From assembly GCA_002269645.1 (NCBI GenBank), contig NIVC01001160.1:1-64000 (forward strand): 64,000 nt of DNA, given 5' to 3'. Under the pieces are notes generated by a model, which was not told the origin of the DNA, did no database searches, and saw only the letters and a list, made by a program, of their open reading frames with translations. This document shows, piece by piece, positions 62,501 through 64,000 of the stretch (position 1 is the stretch's first letter; the number at the start of each line of letters is the position of its first letter). Made by a program: the position numbers and the translations under genes. The stretch is from Macrostomum lignano. Its lineage: Eukaryota.

Positions 62501-64000
62501 TCGCCGTTGGATAATCGCCCTCAAAAACCGCCTTTGAGAATCGCCGTTGGATAATCGCCCTCAAAAACCGCCGTTGAGAATCGCCGTTGGATAATCGCCC
62601 TCAAAAACCGCCTTTGAGAATCGCCGTTGGATAATCGCCCTCAAAAACCGCCGTTGAGAATCGCCATGTAATAATCGCCCTCAAAAACCGCCTTTGAGAA
62701 TCGCCATGTAATAATCGGCCTAAAAATCGTCATTGAGAATCGCCATGTAATAATCGCCCTCAAAAATCGCCTTTGAGAATCGCCGTTGGATAATCGCCCT
62801 CAAAAACCGCCGTTGAGAATCGCCGTTGGATAATCGCCCTCAAAAACCGCCTTTGAGAATCGCCGTTGGATAATCGCCCTCAAAAACCGCCTTTGAGAAT
62901 CGCCGTTGGATAATCGCCCTCAAAAACCGCCGTTGAGAATCGCCCTCAAAAACCGCCTTTAAGGAATCGCCATGTAATAATCGGCCTAAAAATCGTCTTT
63001 GAGAATCGCCATGTAATAATCGCCCTCAAAAATCGCCTTTGAGAATCGCCGTTGGATAATCGCCCTCAAAAACCGCCGTTGAGAATCGCCGTTGGATAAT
63101 CGCCCTCAAAAACCGCCTTTGAGAATCGCCGTTGGATAATCGCCCTCAAAAACCGCCTTTGAGAATCGCCGTTGGATAATCGCCCTCAAAAACCGCCTTT
63201 GAGAATCGCCGTTTGATAATCGCCCTCAAAAACCGCCGTTGAGAATCGCCGTGGGATAATCGCCCTCAAAAACCGCCTTTGAGAATCGCCGTTGGATAAT
63301 CGCCCTCAAAAACCGCCTTTGAGAATCGCCGTTGGATAATCGCCCTCAAAAACCGCCTTTGAGAATCGCCGTTGGATAATCGCCCTCAAAAACCGCCGTT
63401 GAGAATCGCCGTTGGATAATCGCCCTCAAAAACCGCCTTTGAGAATCGCCGTTGGATAATCGCCCTCAAAAACCGCCGTTGAGAATCGCCATGTAATAAT
63501 CGCCCTCAAAAACCGCCTTTGAGAATCGCCATGTAATAATCGGCCTAAAAATCGTCATTGAGAATCGCCATGTAATAATCGCCCTCAAAAACCGCCGTTG
63601 AGAATCGCCGTTGGATAATCGCCCTCAAAAACCGCCTTTGAGAATCGCCGTTGGATAATCGCCCTCAAAAACCGCCGTTGAGAATCGCCATGTAATAATC
63701 GCCCTCAAAAACCGCCTTTGAGAATCGCCATGTAATAATCGGCCTAAAAATCGTCATTGAGAATCGCCATGTAATAATCGCCCTCAAAAATCGCCTTTGA
63801 GAATCGCCGTTGGATAATCGCCCTCAAAAACCGCCTTTGAGAATCGCCGTTGGATAATCGCCCTCAAAAACCGCCTTTGAGAATCGCCGTTGGATAATCG
63901 CCCTCAAAAACCGCCTTTGAGAATCGCCGTTGGATAATCGCCCTCAAAAACCGCCGTTGAGAATCGCCCTCAAAAACCGCCTTTAAGGAATCGCCATGTA
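59590..64000. repeat. 40-bp satellite (AAAAACCGCCTTTGAGAATCGCCGTTGGATAATCGCCCTC), at least 110 units, running off the window
   Basis: The period is 40 (line starts recur every 120 nt). Lies in LRP-like intron 11. Confidence 0.97.

Noticed and set aside
59590-64000. CRISPR array (also considered for the 20-40 bp arrays elsewhere)
   Set aside because: The repeats are contiguous with no unique spacers, there are no cas genes, and the context is a eukaryotic intron.

Overview
Eukaryotic (animal) genomic DNA with spliceosomal GT-AG introns, GC-rich exons and very dense minisatellites. The overall style suggests the flatworm Macrostomum lignano or a similar genome (inference only). The first 22.5 kb is a nested transposon stack: an intron-containing Helitron RepHel gene (1-4490) whose element ends at a hairpin+CTAG (6881); a second, non-autonomous Helitron fused head-to-tail to it (6882-13852) that carries about 5.4 kb of 24-bp repeat; a hAT-like remnant; two diverged LTR-like repeats; a 50-bp palindrome; a foldback element; and a probable tyrosine-recombinase (Crypton-like) fragment. 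Host genes follow: a RING plus multi-TM gene (minus, probably two exons), an unknown 341-aa gene (minus), flotillin-2 (6 exons, 425 aa), an M28B NAALADase/GCPII-family peptidase (7 exons, 753 aa), and the first 11 exons (1157 codons) of a YWTD-propeller/EGF LRP-family receptor that runs off the right end and has a decayed Tc1/mariner-IS630 element in intron 1. 17 of the 22 introns in these three genes hold a tandem repeat, each with a different unit. Almost all long ORFs in the supplied track are artefacts of these repeats. No rRNA, intact tRNA or CRISPR array was found. All exon coordinates and alignments were made by eye.
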